A stretch of 64,000 nucleotides of DNA from Flavobacteriales bacterium (GCA_040377305.1 JBEIPA010000015.1:1-64000); one strand, 5' to 3'. Shown: positions 39,509 to 50,844, counted from the first letter of the stretch. Notes: generated from the letters alone by a model not told the origin. A program made the numbers and translations.

Positions 39509-42500
39509 ATGAACAAAATTACTCTACTTCTTGCCGGAATTGCACTCTCTGTTTCAACATACGCGCAGACGGTTGTTTTCCACGAAAACTTTGAAGTTTC
39601 TGACTCGGTAGTTGCATCCGGAAATCCACTCTGGATTCCTGATCTTACTCTGCAAAGTCAGGGATTAGCAAGTACACGAAACACCGTGGCAACGAACGAC
39701 TCTTCGTTCCTCATTACAAATACGTTCAGTACCGTTGGAAACACATTTGTAATTCTGGAATTCGATCAGATCTGTAAAATCGAATTTCTCGATATCGCTA
39801 CAATCTGGGCTTCGAACGATAACGGTGTTACATGGATACAGCTAACCGCTGCGGAATATCTCGGTACCGGTTCATTCGCAGGACTCGGCAACAAGTTTAA
39901 CTCTGCAGCTTATGGTTCGTTCTGGCTGCCGGGATTGAACGCTGCTGTTCCAAGCAATGCATGGTGGATGACAGAACAGTTCGACGTTTCTGCAATTCTT
40001 GGTAACGCGCCACAGTGTAAAATCAAGTTCACATTGAAAGATGCGAACGCGAACGGTGCAAACTCCAACTACGGATGGCTCATCGATGATCTTACAGTGG
40101 TGGCTTCGCCATCGGAATTATACCCTCCAGTGATTTCTCCAGGTCCACCATTGTGGGCAAACAACGTTTACAACTTCGGTCCTTACACCGTGAACGATAC
40201 CATTACAGATGCTTCGGGCATTGCCAGTGCAACACTTCACTATTCGGTGAACGGTGGTCCGGTTAACAACGTTCCGATGACAAATACTTCGGGCAATATC
40301 TGGTCAGGAGTTATTCCTGCAATGAACGACTCGGATACGGTTTGTTATTCAGTTGATGCGATTGATGCTTCTGCTGCGGCAAACGCAGCTGTTTGGCCTT
40401 CTGTAGGTTGTCAGCAATTCATTGTCCACGCAGGAATCACGTTCCCGTATTTCGATAACTACGACGGACAGAATGATTGGTCGGATACAGCAGTGAACAT
40501 ACTTTCTCAATGGGAATTGGGAATGCCAAACTACGGCGCAACTATTGGTACGCACTCCGGACCTAACGCCTGGGACATCAACCTGAGTATTCCTTACGAC
40601 AACAATGCAGCGTGCCGACTTGTTTCACCGGTATTTGATTTCTCTACAACGCTCAATGCCACTTTGAGTTTCTGGCACAATTACAACACGGAGAATTTTT
40701 GGGATGGTGTTCGCGTTGATTATACAACCGACGGTGTAACCTGGCAGGTACTCGGTATTCAGAATGACCCGAATGGTGTTAACTGGTACAACGCCCTGCT
40801 CAACTCCAGTAATCAGCCTGGTTGGGCCGGCTCAAGCGGCGGATGGGTGAAATCTGAATATGATCTTGCATTCCTGAATAACGTTGTTGGTCCGGTACAA
40901 TTCCGTTTTGTATTTACATCAGACGGAAGTGTAATTGGCGATGGCTATTCGATCGACGATTTCTCAATTCTTCCCCCATTCCCATTGGATGCAGAAGCAG
41001 TTCAGGTCGTGGCTCCGGATGCGAGCAGCTGTTTGCCTGTAGGAAATATTCCACTCAGCGTTTCATTATCAAACGAAGGTTCGAACCCGCTCGTGGGTCC
41101 ATTCGATATCGTGTATATTCTTGATAACGGAACTCCGGTTGTTGAGCAGTATCCTGGAACACTTGCTCCGGCAGTGACAGACACGTTCACTTTCGCAACA
41201 TTGCTGAACAATACTGCGGGCGCTCACACACTCGAATGGTTTATCGTTTATCCGGGAGATGGTTGGTCGCAGAATGATACTAACTCAATCACATACACGA
41301 CAAGCCCCGGCGTAACGATTCCTTACAACCAGGATTTCGAAAGTGGTCCGGTAAGTACAAACGATTTTTGTTTGTCAGGAACAGCGCAAGGTCAAGTTCA
41401 GTATTCAACTGCTGCGGGTAACAACAGTGGTGGTGGATTGTTGTTCGATGCGACCTCTTCAACCGGATGGGATTGGGGTGCAGACACAATCATCGCTTCG
41501 CCTTTCTACATCTGGGCACCAAACATCAGTGAAGATCAGCGTGCGAATGCGCGTTTGATTGTGAACACGAGTGGTTACACGGATCTGGTTCTGGAGTTCG
41601 ACACTAAGCTGAACTACAACTTCGCTGACGAATACACGAATTTCCGTGTGAAAGTGAACGGCACAATGATCACTCCGCACATGCGCCCCAACTTCGTTTC
41701 AACACCTTACGATCAGTTCCGTTACATGCTTACTTCGTTTCTGCCTGCGCCGTACCTGATTATCGATTTCGAATCGAGCTGTACGTATGATTTTCAGTTC
41801 AACGGAATCGGCGTGTTCCTGGATAACATTAATATCTATCATCCGGACAGTTTGGATTGTGGAGTTACTACAGTTACCACACCAACTTCAATGAGCATGG
41901 CTAACCAGGCTGTTACTGTTTCCGGTGTGATCAAGAACTACGGAACATCAACGCTGACGAGCATTCCGGTTGCATACGCCGTAAACGCAGGAACACCAGT
42001 TGTTGAAACGTGGACCGGAACACTTCCTCCGAACGGAACAACTACTTACACATTCACAACAACATTCACTTCGCCAACTGGACAGTATGACTTATGTCTG
42101 TGGACACAGCTCGCCGGAGATACTGCAACGTGGAATGACACAACGTGTGTTGCTCCTGTTGGAATGCAAGTGTTAGCTGTGCCTTACTTCGACGACTTCG
42201 AAGGGCCGCAGGTATTTGCAGCTGATGTAACGTACACTCCTTCATGGGAACTGGGGACACCGGTTGCTCCATTGATTACCGGAGCTTATTCCGGATCGAA
42301 TGCATGGGAAGTAAATCTCAACGGTCCTTACCAGAACAACAGCAATGAATTCCTGTACACGCCGTTCTTTGACTTCAGCACAGCAACGGATGTTGAAATG
42401 CGTTTCCAGCACTGGTACAATGCAGATAACTATTCTGACGGTGGTCGTGTCGATTACTCAACAGATGGTGGTAACACGTGGATTGTTCTTGGTCAGCAAT

Positions 42501-43930
42501 TCGATACAAACGGTGTGAGCTGGTACAACCAGAACTACCTCGGAAGTTCAATGCTGCCCGGATGGAGCGGAACAGGCGGATCTTACTTCCAGTCGCGTTA
42601 CGATCTTTCGATGTTCAACAACTTCCCAACACCGATCCAGTTCCGTTTTGTGTTCAGTGCCGACATGTACAACTTCGCGCAGGTTGATGGATGGGCAATT
42701 GATGATTTCGAATTGTACATGGATGTGAATGTAGCTACAAACACCATCAAGTTTGGTAACACATCTGAACTGCCATTACCGGGAAGCAATTTTGTGAAGA
42801 CGAATATTCAGAACAATGGTACGTTGCCGATTACAGGTTGTAACGCAACACTGAATATTGACGGGAACAACATTGTTACCGACGCGGTGGTATTCTCTCC
42901 GGCATTGCAGCCTGGACAAGCTCGTCAGCACGTGTTCTCACAACAATGGACTGGTGCTTCACCTGGATATCATGACGTTCGTACATGGGTAAGTGCTCCG
43001 AACGGATTGGCAGACACAAATCCGAATGATGATACTACACTGTGGCACATTTCAGTGATGGACACTTTCGCAACTTATCCATACTGTAACAACTTCGAAG
43101 TTGGTAACGGAGTTCCTGCGCTTACAACTATGAACGCACTTGATTTCGTTGACCGCAAGAATAGCTGGGAACAAGGAACACCATCGAAGAACATCATCAA
43201 TACTGCACACGCAGGAACAGGTGCATGGATGACAGATCTTACGTTGAATCACCTGCAGAACGACAGCTCGGGATTATTCCTGCCTGTGTTTGTAGTTGAC
43301 ACAGTGAACTGTTATCACCTCGAGTACTGGACGAATTACATGACACAAGCCAATATGGACGGTGGTGTGATTGAATTCTCTCACGACTATGGTGCAACCT
43401 GGCAGCGTTACGGCAATTTCAACGATCCGCAGTGGTACAACTACAATACCTGTGCTGGACTTGGTGCGGGAACACAACCAAACATCGGTGGAACTGGTGG
43501 TGGTTGGGTATTGCAACAGCGCGATATTCGTTTCCACACTGCGGGACCGGTGATCATTCGTTTCCGTTTTGGATCAAACAGCAGCATTCAGTCAGAAGGT
43601 TGGGCAGTAGATGACATCTGTTTCTCACGTATTCCGCCTTGTACAGTCGGAGTAGAAGAGAACGATATGTCCGGGCTTATCCTCGAAGATGCATACCCGA
43701 ATCCTTCTGGTACTTCAACTACTATCGGTTACAACCTGCCAGAGAATGGCGAAGTGACTTTGGTACTGCGTGATGTACTCGGAAATGAAATCATGATGTC
43801 GCAGTCGAACCAGTCTCAGGGCTATAACCAGTGGACTATCGACGTGAGCGGTCTAGCCGACGGAATTTACTTTTATGAGGTTCAGTTTGGCGACCAGATC
43901 TTAACTAAACGTCTGGTTGTCAGTCACTAA
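39509..43930 (+). CDS. Large T9SS-secreted multidomain protein (MAM-like jelly-roll and CARDB/Ig repeats)
   Basis: Signal peptide ending YAQ; repeated WELG.P / FDFS / DG.RVDY / IDD modules; CTD AYPNP..GIYFY..RLVVSH. Confidence 0.88.
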   Translation: MNKITLLLAGIALSVSTYAQTVVFHENFEVSDSVVASGNPLWIPDLTLQSQGLASTRNTVATNDSSFLITNTFSTVGNTFVILEFDQICKIEFLDIATIWASNDNGVTWIQLTAAEYLGTGSFAGLGNKFNSAAYGSFWLPGLNAAVPSNAWWMTEQFDVSAILGNAPQCKIKFTLKDANANGANSNYGWLIDDLTVVASPSELYPPVISPGPPLWANNVYNFGPYTVNDTITDASGIASATLHYSVNGGPVNNVPMTNTSGNIWSGVIPAMNDSDTVCYSVDAIDASAAANAAVWPSVGCQQFIVHAGITFPYFDNYDGQNDWSDTAVNILSQWELGMPNYGATIGTHSGPNAWDINLSIPYDNNAACRLVSPVFDFSTTLNATLSFWHNYNTENFWDGVRVDYTTDGVTWQVLGIQNDPNGVNWYNALLNSSNQPGWAGSSGGWVKSEYDLAFLNNVVGPVQFRFVFTSDGSVIGDGYSIDDFSILPPFPLDAEAVQVVAPDASSCLPVGNIPLSVSLSNEGSNPLVGPFDIVYILDNGTPVVEQYPGTLAPAVTDTFTFATLLNNTAGAHTLEWFIVYPGDGWSQNDTNSITYTTSPGVTIPYNQDFESGPVSTNDFCLSGTAQGQVQYSTAAGNNSGGGLLFDATSSTGWDWGADTIIASPFYIWAPNISEDQRANARLIVNTSGYTDLVLEFDTKLNYNFADEYTNFRVKVNGTMITPHMRPNFVSTPYDQFRYMLTSFLPAPYLIIDFESSCTYDFQFNGIGVFLDNINIYHPDSLDCGVTTVTTPTSMSMANQAVTVSGVIKNYGTSTLTSIPVAYAVNAGTPVVETWTGTLPPNGTTTYTFTTTFTSPTGQYDLCLWTQLAGDTATWNDTTCVAPVGMQVLAVPYFDDFEGPQVFAADVTYTPSWELGTPVAPLITGAYSGSNAWEVNLNGPYQNNSNEFLYTPFFDFSTATDVEMRFQHWYNADNYSDGGRVDYSTDGGNTWIVLGQQFDTNGVSWYNQNYLGSSMLPGWSGTGGSYFQSRYDLSMFNNFPTPIQFRFVFSADMYNFAQVDGWAIDDFELYMDVNVATNTIKFGNTSELPLPGSNFVKTNIQNNGTLPITGCNATLNIDGNNIVTDAVVFSPALQPGQARQHVFSQQWTGASPGYHDVRTWVSAPNGLADTNPNDDTTLWHISVMDTFATYPYCNNFEVGNGVPALTTMNALDFVDRKNSWEQGTPSKNIINTAHAGTGAWMTDLTLNHLQNDSSGLFLPVFVVDTVNCYHLEYWTNYMTQANMDGGVIEFSHDYGATWQRYGNFNDPQWYNYNTCAGLGAGTQPNIGGTGGGWVLQQRDIRFHTAGPVIIRFRFGSNSSIQSEGWAVDDICFSRIPPCTVGVEENDMSGLILEDAYPNPSGTSTTIGYNLPENGEVTLVLRDVLGNEIMMSQSNQSQGYNQWTIDVSGLADGIYFYEVQFGDQILTKRLVVSH

Positions 43931-43951
43931 TAGTCAGTAAATGAAACCATG

Positions 43952-43979
43952 GAAAGACCTGTTTTCGGACAGGTCTTTC
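43952..43979 (+). terminator. Hairpin terminator with UUCG loop
   Basis: GAAAGACCTGT-TTTCGG-ACAGGTCTTTC. Confidence 0.7.
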
Positions 43980-44064
43980 TGCATTGTCAGGATTCTGTTC
44001 TGGCAGTGATGAGAGTGTATCTTTTCACCTGCGGATCGTTATAAGTGCAACAAAGCAGTTGCCA

Positions 44065-44679
44065 ATGCGGTCCATAACAATGAAACCCCCACATATGGAG
44101 GTTGTCTCAAAATACCATTTTACCAGGGAGGACATGCAGCAAGAGCAGATCCTGGTGGAAGCGGCGAAGGCGGACCCTGAGCAGTTCAGGGGTCTGTATA
44201 GCCGGTATTACGAGCGCATCTTCCTGTACGTGTGGCAGAGGTTAGACGACAAAGAAGTTGCACATGATGTGACTTCGCAGGTGTTTCTGAAAGCGATGCA
44301 GAACCTGTACAAGTACGAATTCAAAGGCGTTCCGTTTGCTTCGTGGTTGTATAGGATCGCAAAGAGCGAAGTGTACACCGTGTTGCGTAAGCAACAAACA
44401 CAACGAACTGTGAATATCGATTCCGTTGGAATGGGTGACATGGTTCAGGAAATGGAAGAGGATCAGTATGCAGAGTGGATGCCTGTTTTGTCGGCTGCGG
44501 TCGCAGATCTGGAGGAGGACGATTTGCAGATGATCGAAATGAGATTTTTTGAGAAGCGACCGTTCAAAGAGATTGCAGACATTCTCGATATCACGGAGAA
44601 CAATGCGAAAGTGAAAACGTACCGCATCCTCGAAAAGCTCAAAAAAATTCTGATTCAAAAAAAGAAAAACCGGGCGTAA
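44065..44679 (+). CDS. ECF-type RNA polymerase sigma factor
   Basis: F..LY.RY, A.D.TS.VF.KA, F.SWLYRIA, EIA.IL.I...N.K....R; start uncertain. Confidence 0.92.
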   Translation: MRSITMKPPHMEVVSKYHFTREDMQQEQILVEAAKADPEQFRGLYSRYYERIFLYVWQRLDDKEVAHDVTSQVFLKAMQNLYKYEFKGVPFASWLYRIAKSEVYTVLRKQQTQRTVNIDSVGMGDMVQEMEEDQYAEWMPVLSAAVADLEEDDLQMIEMRFFEKRPFKEIADILDITENNAKVKTYRILEKLKKILIQKKKNRA

Positions 44680-44706
44680 TCGTCCAGACAATTCATAGCG
44701 AATGCC

Positions 44707-46413
44707 ATGAAAAACTACAAGATTAATATTGACAAACCGAAACCTACGCAGGAAGAAATTCTTTCGGGGCAGAATTTTGATCAGCTTCTCAAGCAGTACA
44801 ATGCTGCACCGGGAAAGGTGATTAAGAAACCGTTCTGGCAAAAAGGTGGGTTCATCGGTTCTGTTGCTGCAGTTGCTGCTACCATTGCTATCATTATGAT
44901 GGTCGTGAAGGGCAACAACAACAGCATTACAGATGAACAGCAAGGGCCAGTTATTGTGGACAACGGAAATATTCCGGTTGTTGATACTGCAGGTCAGAAT
45001 AATTCCGGGAACAACACAGCATGGGCTCCTACGAAGAAGAAAGTTGCACCTCCTTTGGCTGGTGTGAATATTCCATTCCGGGAGTACAAGGTGAGTGCGA
45101 AGTCGGGCGGAACAATTTTATATCCGAGCGGTACTAAAGTTTCTTTCCAGCCAAACAGTTTTGTTGATGCAAATGGAAAACCGGTTTCAGGAAATGTAGA
45201 AGTTGAGTATCGCGAGATGCATGATGCGGTTGATTTCTTCCTCGCAGGAATTCCAATGGAGTACGATTCAGCAGGCGCAACTTACATTCTCGAGTCGGCA
45301 GGTATGATGGAAATTGCTGCGTTCGTGAACGGTAAAGTGGTTTATCTCGACAAGAATAAGCCGATGAAAGTTGAAATGGCTTCGGCACAAACCGGTACGG
45401 ATTACAACCTGTATCAGTTTGATTCTGTTGCGGGAAATTGGTCGTACATCGGCAAAGACAAAGTGGCTGAGATGCCTTACCCGAAAGACATGCGTGCCCA
45501 GGATTCTCTGGAAGCATTGCAGTCGTGGGTGGCAGCACAGAATACGAGAAATCCATTTTGCGGTGGAACTAAAAAAGGGAAACCGGTTGATGCTACACGT
45601 CCGTTGAAAGCCGATCCTTCAAAGAATCGTTTCGTAGTTGACTTCAACAAGAAAGAATTTCCGGAGATGGCTTCGTATGAGAATGTGATTTTCGAAGTTG
45701 ATGAATCGAAAGAGAAATTCGATGCATCAAACTACAATGTAACGTGGGAGTCGATTATTCTTGCACGTGGTAACGAAGCGAAGAAGTACACACTCACCTT
45801 GAAGAAAGGTTTGAAAACGACTGTGCTTGCAGTTTATCCGGTTCTGGATGGAGCGGAGTATGATGCTCAGATTGCAAAATATGACGCAGCACACGCACAG
45901 TATCTGAAAGACAGTGCGAACTATACAGAGTATGTTGGTATGGGTGGCGGAAGTCCGAATTTCAACATGAATAGTTTATTTGAATTTGATGCTGCGGCTG
46001 CAAAAGACAACGCATTGAGTTACGACATGCAGCGTAGTTTTGAATTGAGTGGTTTCGGAATCTTCAACACAGATAAGCCCGAAGCTCTGCCGAAAGGTTC
46101 TGTTCTTGAACTCGCATTGAACACTCCGGACGATCAGGCATTCAGTGGTTACACGTATTCACACGTTGACCGCACACGTAACTCGGTGATGACGTATGCA
46201 AGCGGATCTAAGTTCTATTGCAACACACGTTCGCAGAATCTGATCTGGGCGGTGCAGAATGGTGAGCTTTATTATGCCGAACAACCGAGCTTCTCGAACT
46301 TACCGCTCGTTGGGAAAGCTGTAGTAACGCTGAAGAAAGTGGGCAAAACGTTGAAGAATGCCGATGAAATGCGCGCCTTCTTTGGTTTGAAAGCTCCGGT
46401 AGAATCGAAATAA
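44707..46413 (+). CDS. Putative anti-sigma factor (short cytoplasmic N-terminus, one TM, large periplasmic domain)
   Basis: Directly follows the ECF gene; TM at about residues 48-67. Confidence 0.6.
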   Translation: MKNYKINIDKPKPTQEEILSGQNFDQLLKQYNAAPGKVIKKPFWQKGGFIGSVAAVAATIAIIMMVVKGNNNSITDEQQGPVIVDNGNIPVVDTAGQNNSGNNTAWAPTKKKVAPPLAGVNIPFREYKVSAKSGGTILYPSGTKVSFQPNSFVDANGKPVSGNVEVEYREMHDAVDFFLAGIPMEYDSAGATYILESAGMMEIAAFVNGKVVYLDKNKPMKVEMASAQTGTDYNLYQFDSVAGNWSYIGKDKVAEMPYPKDMRAQDSLEALQSWVAAQNTRNPFCGGTKKGKPVDATRPLKADPSKNRFVVDFNKKEFPEMASYENVIFEVDESKEKFDASNYNVTWESIILARGNEAKKYTLTLKKGLKTTVLAVYPVLDGAEYDAQIAKYDAAHAQYLKDSANYTEYVGMGGGSPNFNMNSLFEFDAAAAKDNALSYDMQRSFELSGFGIFNTDKPEALPKGSVLELALNTPDDQAFSGYTYSHVDRTRNSVMTYASGSKFYCNTRSQNLIWAVQNGELYYAEQPSFSNLPLVGKAVVTLKKVGKTLKNADEMRAFFGLKAPVESK

Positions 46414-46424
46414 TTCAGGGTAGC

Positions 46425-47207
46425 ATGCGGTCGTTGTTGAACATTTTGCTGTTGTTGCCGTTGGGTTTGTTCGCACAGACAGTGAGACCTTATGACCCTG
46501 TGGCATTCAATAAACCACCGGATGTGGTTGCAGTACCCGACACGCCGCCTAAACCTGTCAATCAGGGTGTGATCAAAGTGCGCAAGCCGGTGATACGCCC
46601 TTACTTCAAATGCGAATATTATCTCACGCTAGCGAGTGTGAGATGGGTGCAGGTTCCTATTGAAACGCCACGCGGAATAGAAATGGATAAGGTACCCATG
46701 TTCGATTCTTCGTACAGCAGGTCATTCGACCGTTTATATCCTCAAAAAGAAATTCACTTTTCACGTCAGTTGGTCGACACCATCGACTTTGCGTATTCGT
46801 TTGAGGACACTGCAAGTTGCGATACGATGATGGTTGAAATGTGGATTGGAACGAATGGAAAGGTGAAATGGAAAGAGGCCGATACGGTATATACCGGAAG
46901 TATGCCTTCAGAGTTAAAGGCGGAACTCTATCGTTACGCTATGTCCATTTCTGATTGGGGTAAAGGAGGAGGCTATAAGGAACCTAAGAAATTTATGCGC
47001 AAGCAACATCGGGCAGCCGAGAATTACTACTGCATGTTGTACATCATCGCTTCAGCAAAACCTTTAACTGCAGAACAACGTCACACCGGTGCGCGTTATG
47101 CTCCATTCGATATTCCATTGAATTCTCCTGCGGGAGACGAGCAGGAGCGGGATTTCATTGAAGGCAATCGCGTCAATCCAGGCAATGATTCAATTCCGAA
47201 AAGATAG
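46425..47207 (+). CDS. Secreted hypothetical protein, possible TonB-C-like fold
   Basis: Signal peptide ending FAQ; paralogous to the next gene. Confidence 0.6.
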   Translation: MRSLLNILLLLPLGLFAQTVRPYDPVAFNKPPDVVAVPDTPPKPVNQGVIKVRKPVIRPYFKCEYYLTLASVRWVQVPIETPRGIEMDKVPMFDSSYSRSFDRLYPQKEIHFSRQLVDTIDFAYSFEDTASCDTMMVEMWIGTNGKVKWKEADTVYTGSMPSELKAELYRYAMSISDWGKGGGYKEPKKFMRKQHRAAENYYCMLYIIASAKPLTAEQRHTGARYAPFDIPLNSPAGDEQERDFIEGNRVNPGNDSIPKR

Positions 47208-47880
47208 GATACTTCTTCTTTTTCTGTTGACGATTGGATTCACCTTTGCGTCTTCTTCGGTATTCGCTCAGGCAAACGATTCTGTGGCGCAAGGTGTAAT
47301 CAAAGTTCGTCGTTCACAGGTCCCATCAGTTTACACTGTGAAAATGAGTTACAGTTATGGATCTTCAAGTCGGGTTCTTTTTAGTTGGGGTAGAAAAAGT
47401 GGGAAGTCTGGCGGACGACAGGAACAGGACGCAGTTTATTCTCCTCCCGATCCGGTGCGATTGGAACCGAACCTCAATGATTCTAATCAAACGCTGTTAG
47501 ACAGTTCCTATATAATCGGTTACTACAATGCGCGGAAAAAGCCGGCGGAGGAATTTCCCTGGGAAGAATGGCTGAACCAAAATCCGCATACATTCGAATG
47601 GGATGATACATCGGGCATCGATAGCGTTTCATTCGATCTCGAAATCAATGCACGCGGACAAATGCGGATCAGGAGCTATGCTCACCAAGGAGATAGCTCT
47701 TCTATTGCACTGGCGGAAAAGCTTCTGCCGGTAATTAAAAAACTATGGCTGTGGTATCCTGCAAGCATGGTTACGAATGACGGGAGCAAAGTCAAGAAAG
47801 TGAGTTGCGTTGTCCGAATGAAGGTTTACGCAGTGAAATTGGGCTACGGACAAAATCTGCCGCTCAAAATTGTTGACTAG
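47185..47880 (+). CDS. Secreted hypothetical protein, possible TonB-C-like fold
   Basis: Signal peptide ending FAQ; shares QGVIKVR with the previous gene. Confidence 0.6.
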   Translation: MIQFRKDRILLLFLLTIGFTFASSSVFAQANDSVAQGVIKVRRSQVPSVYTVKMSYSYGSSSRVLFSWGRKSGKSGGRQEQDAVYSPPDPVRLEPNLNDSNQTLLDSSYIIGYYNARKKPAEEFPWEEWLNQNPHTFEWDDTSGIDSVSFDLEINARGQMRIRSYAHQGDSSSIALAEKLLPVIKKLWLWYPASMVTNDGSKVKKVSCVVRMKVYAVKLGYGQNLPLKIVD

Positions 47881-49043
47881 CGAGGCAATTCTACACCTTG
47901 CACACCTGTCATACGATCCCGTAGTTTCAGAATAGGCCTGTCGAAGAACCGGTAAATGAGAAATGCCGCTGCGAGTATCAAGGCCGTGCGCACAATGAAA
48001 AAGAGAATGAATGCCACAATCTCGCTGCCGGAAATTCCAAGCAGCAATTCCATCACACGTTGTCCGAATTCACTGTGCGTATTCATCCACTCATAAAAGA
48101 ACGGATGAATCAGGTAAATAGCATACGACATAACGCTTCCGTAAGTGACCAGTTTATAGATCAGTTTACCGGCGATCGTACGCTGTTGAGGCATAGTCCA
48201 TCGCATGGAATATGGAATGGTCAGCGCCATGGCTGCAGACAACGCAAGGAAGCCGATGATGGGAAGAATCCAGGCCAGTATTGCTCGGGCAGAAGACTGT
48301 ACGCCATATTGAACGAGAATTACATAACCAACACAAAAAGCCGTCCCCGCAATGAACCATCTCAGCTTTGTGAGTTGAGTAAAAATGGAATGCTTAATAT
48401 GATGCAGATAGGCCAGCAATACACCGCAGAACAATGAATCAAAACGGAAGGGAGGAATTGCTTTCATCACCCAATAGTTCCCAACGAGATTGTCGCGTGT
48501 CAGAATATAGGCTAATCGTAGAAGAATCACCGACGCCATGAACAACACAAAAGCGCCGATCACTTTTTTCGGGTCACTGAATCTCCGGCACACAACAATT
48601 GCAAATAAAGGAGCTACCAGGTAAAACCATTCTTCTACCGCAACCGACCAGGAATGGACAAAGAAGTTTGGGTACATGTGAAAGTTCTGCAGAAAGACTG
48701 CGTAATACGCGATGGCCTTACCCGGAACTTCCGGATGCAGAAGCCACTCGGCCACAAGAACGATATAGTAAAGCGGAAGAATGCGCCACCAGCGCCGATA
48801 CAGGAACGTCAATAGCGTTCTGCGTGCCGGCAATTGTTGATCGATGTCGCGAAACAATATTCCTCCAATCAGAAATCCGCTGAGGACAAAAAATATTTCC
48901 AGCGCGAAGAGCCCGATTTTTGATCTGCCGAGAAATTCATAGTCTAACGAAGAATGCTGAACAAGTACCAGTAAAAGTGCGAAGACACGGACTACATCGA
49001 GACCGAAGTTTCTTTGCTTCGTATGGATCGCATCCGTAGTCAA
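47877..49043 (-). CDS. Acyltransferase family 3 (OafA-like)
   Basis: GLD.VR..A, FFVLSGFLI, RRWWRILP, HSWS..VEE.FY, SY..YL.H. Confidence 0.9.
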   Translation of the reverse strand: MTTDAIHTKQRNFGLDVVRVFALLLVLVQHSSLDYEFLGRSKIGLFALEIFFVLSGFLIGGILFRDIDQQLPARRTLLTFLYRRWWRILPLYYIVLVAEWLLHPEVPGKAIAYYAVFLQNFHMYPNFFVHSWSVAVEEWFYLVAPLFAIVVCRRFSDPKKVIGAFVLFMASVILLRLAYILTRDNLVGNYWVMKAIPPFRFDSLFCGVLLAYLHHIKHSIFTQLTKLRWFIAGTAFCVGYVILVQYGVQSSARAILAWILPIIGFLALSAAMALTIPYSMRWTMPQQRTIAGKLIYKLVTYGSVMSYAIYLIHPFFYEWMNTHSEFGQRVMELLLGISGSEIVAFILFFIVRTALILAAAFLIYRFFDRPILKLRDRMTGVQGVELPR

Positions 49044-49050
49044 TCAGCGT

Positions 49051-50331
49051 TTATGAAGCGAAGAGTTTGTACTTCTTCATCATCGTATTCACCTGCTTTT
49101 TCACCGCTGCAATTTTCTTTTCGTCTTCATGGTTTGCGAGCACCAGGTCAATAAGTTCTACGATTTTCGGAATCTGTTTTTCTTTCAGTCCGCGTGAAGT
49201 AATTGCAGGAGTTCCGATACGAATTCCGGAAGTAACAAATGGAGACTTGTCATCAAACGGAACCATATTCTTGTTCACCGTGATGTCCGCTTTTACCAAT
49301 GCGTTCTCTGCCTGTTTGCCGGTGATGTTCTTGTTACGAAGATCAATAAGCATACAGTGGTTGTCTGTTCCGCCTGAAACGACATGGTAACCACGTTTCA
49401 TGAATTCATCAGACATCACTTTTGCATTCTTCACCACCTGAATTGCATACTTGAGGAATCCTTCAGAAAGCGCTTCGCCATAAGCAACTGCTTTAGATGC
49501 AATCACGTGTTCGAGCGGTCCGCCTTGTGTTCCCGGGAAAACAGCTCCGTCAAGAACAGCGGACATCATTTTGATTTCACCTTTCGGCGTTTTGAGTCCC
49601 CAAGGATTTGGAAAATCTTTACCCATCATGATCATTCCACCACGAGGTCCGCGCAAAGTTTTATGCGTAGTTGTTGTTACGATATGACAATGCGGAAGCG
49701 GATCGTTCAATATTCCACGTGCAATCAATCCTGCCGGGTGAGAAATATCTGCCATTAACAATGCGCCAACGCTGTCTGCTATTTTGCGCAGGCGTACGTA
49801 GTCCCAATCGCGGGAATAGGCAGAAGCACCGCAGATAATCATTTTCGGTTTTTCTTCTTTGGCTTTCGCTTCTACTTTCTTGTAATCGATGCGACCGGTT
49901 TCTCTTTCTACACCGTAGAATGTAGCGCGGTATAATTTCCCGGAGAAGTTCACAGGAGATCCATGCGTAAGGTGTCCGCCATGCGATAAATCAAAACCAA
50001 GAATGGTATCACCCGGATTCAGGCAACCGAGCATTACTGCAGCATTCGCCTGTGCGCCTGAGTGCGGTTGTACGTTTACCCATTCCGCGTTGAACAATTG
50101 CTTCGCACGGTCAATGGCAAGCTGTTCTACTTTATCTACAATTTCACATCCACCATAATAGCGCTTTCCGGGAAGTCCTTCTGCATATTTATTGGTGAGT
50201 ACAGAGCCCATTGCTTTCATCACCTGATCGCTGACGAAATTTTCAGATGCAATAAGTTCGATTCCGCTTTTCTGGCGGTGAAGTTCTTCAGAAATGTACT
50301 TGAAGATGATGGTGTCTTTTTTCATAGTCAA
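49051..50331 (-). CDS. glyA: Serine hydroxymethyltransferase
   Basis: [41 protein letters not shown]. Confidence 0.98.
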   Translation of the reverse strand: MTMKKDTIIFKYISEELHRQKSGIELIASENFVSDQVMKAMGSVLTNKYAEGLPGKRYYGGCEIVDKVEQLAIDRAKQLFNAEWVNVQPHSGAQANAAVMLGCLNPGDTILGFDLSHGGHLTHGSPVNFSGKLYRATFYGVERETGRIDYKKVEAKAKEEKPKMIICGASAYSRDWDYVRLRKIADSVGALLMADISHPAGLIARGILNDPLPHCHIVTTTTHKTLRGPRGGMIMMGKDFPNPWGLKTPKGEIKMMSAVLDGAVFPGTQGGPLEHVIASKAVAYGEALSEGFLKYAIQVVKNAKVMSDEFMKRGYHVVSGGTDNHCMLIDLRNKNITGKQAENALVKADITVNKNMVPFDDKSPFVTSGIRIGTPAITSRGLKEKQIPKIVELIDLVLANHEDEKKIAAVKKQVNTMMKKYKLFAS

Positions 50332-50379
50332 AGTGAATCAGCCATTGATGTTGGGCAGGACAAAAGTAGCAAACTGCCT

Positions 50380-50844
50380 TTATAACCTGCGGTGTACGAG
50401 GAAAGATGCAATCAGAATGATGAGCAGGACAGGGCTTTCTATCATCCCGGCCAGGAAACGTGCAATAGGGTAGGCGGCGTCACGGAAACCAATCAACCAT
50501 CCAATTACGAAGAACAGGAACGACAATAGGAAGAGGGCTGCGTAGGCGTATAGCGTGATTTTGTTGTAAGCTCTGCTTTTGAACAGCAGGTGTACAATCA
50601 GAATGGATAAACCGGCGAAGATCACGCTGAAGACTAACGTGATTGGCCATTTCAACCAATACAGTGATTCGTAGGAAAAGCTCCCGAGCCACTGCATCAC
50701 AGGGTGAACATGCGAATCCGGCGAGTTATAGTAGGTTACACGTATCTGTTCATTCCAGTTCAGGAAAACGAATTCCCTGAAAAATCCGGTGCAGACAAAC
50801 AACACCAGCAGTGCTGCTACGATCGGTTTAGTTCGCTTGTGCAT
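50380..50844 (-). CDS. Exosortase-associated membrane protein
   Basis: Four TM segments; overlaps the exosortase stop. Confidence 0.65.
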   Translation of the reverse strand: MHKRTKPIVAALLVLFVCTGFFREFVFLNWNEQIRVTYYNSPDSHVHPVMQWLGSFSYESLYWLKWPITLVFSVIFAGLSILIVHLLFKSRAYNKITLYAYAALFLLSFLFFVIGWLIGFRDAAYPIARFLAGMIESPVLLIILIASFLVHRRL

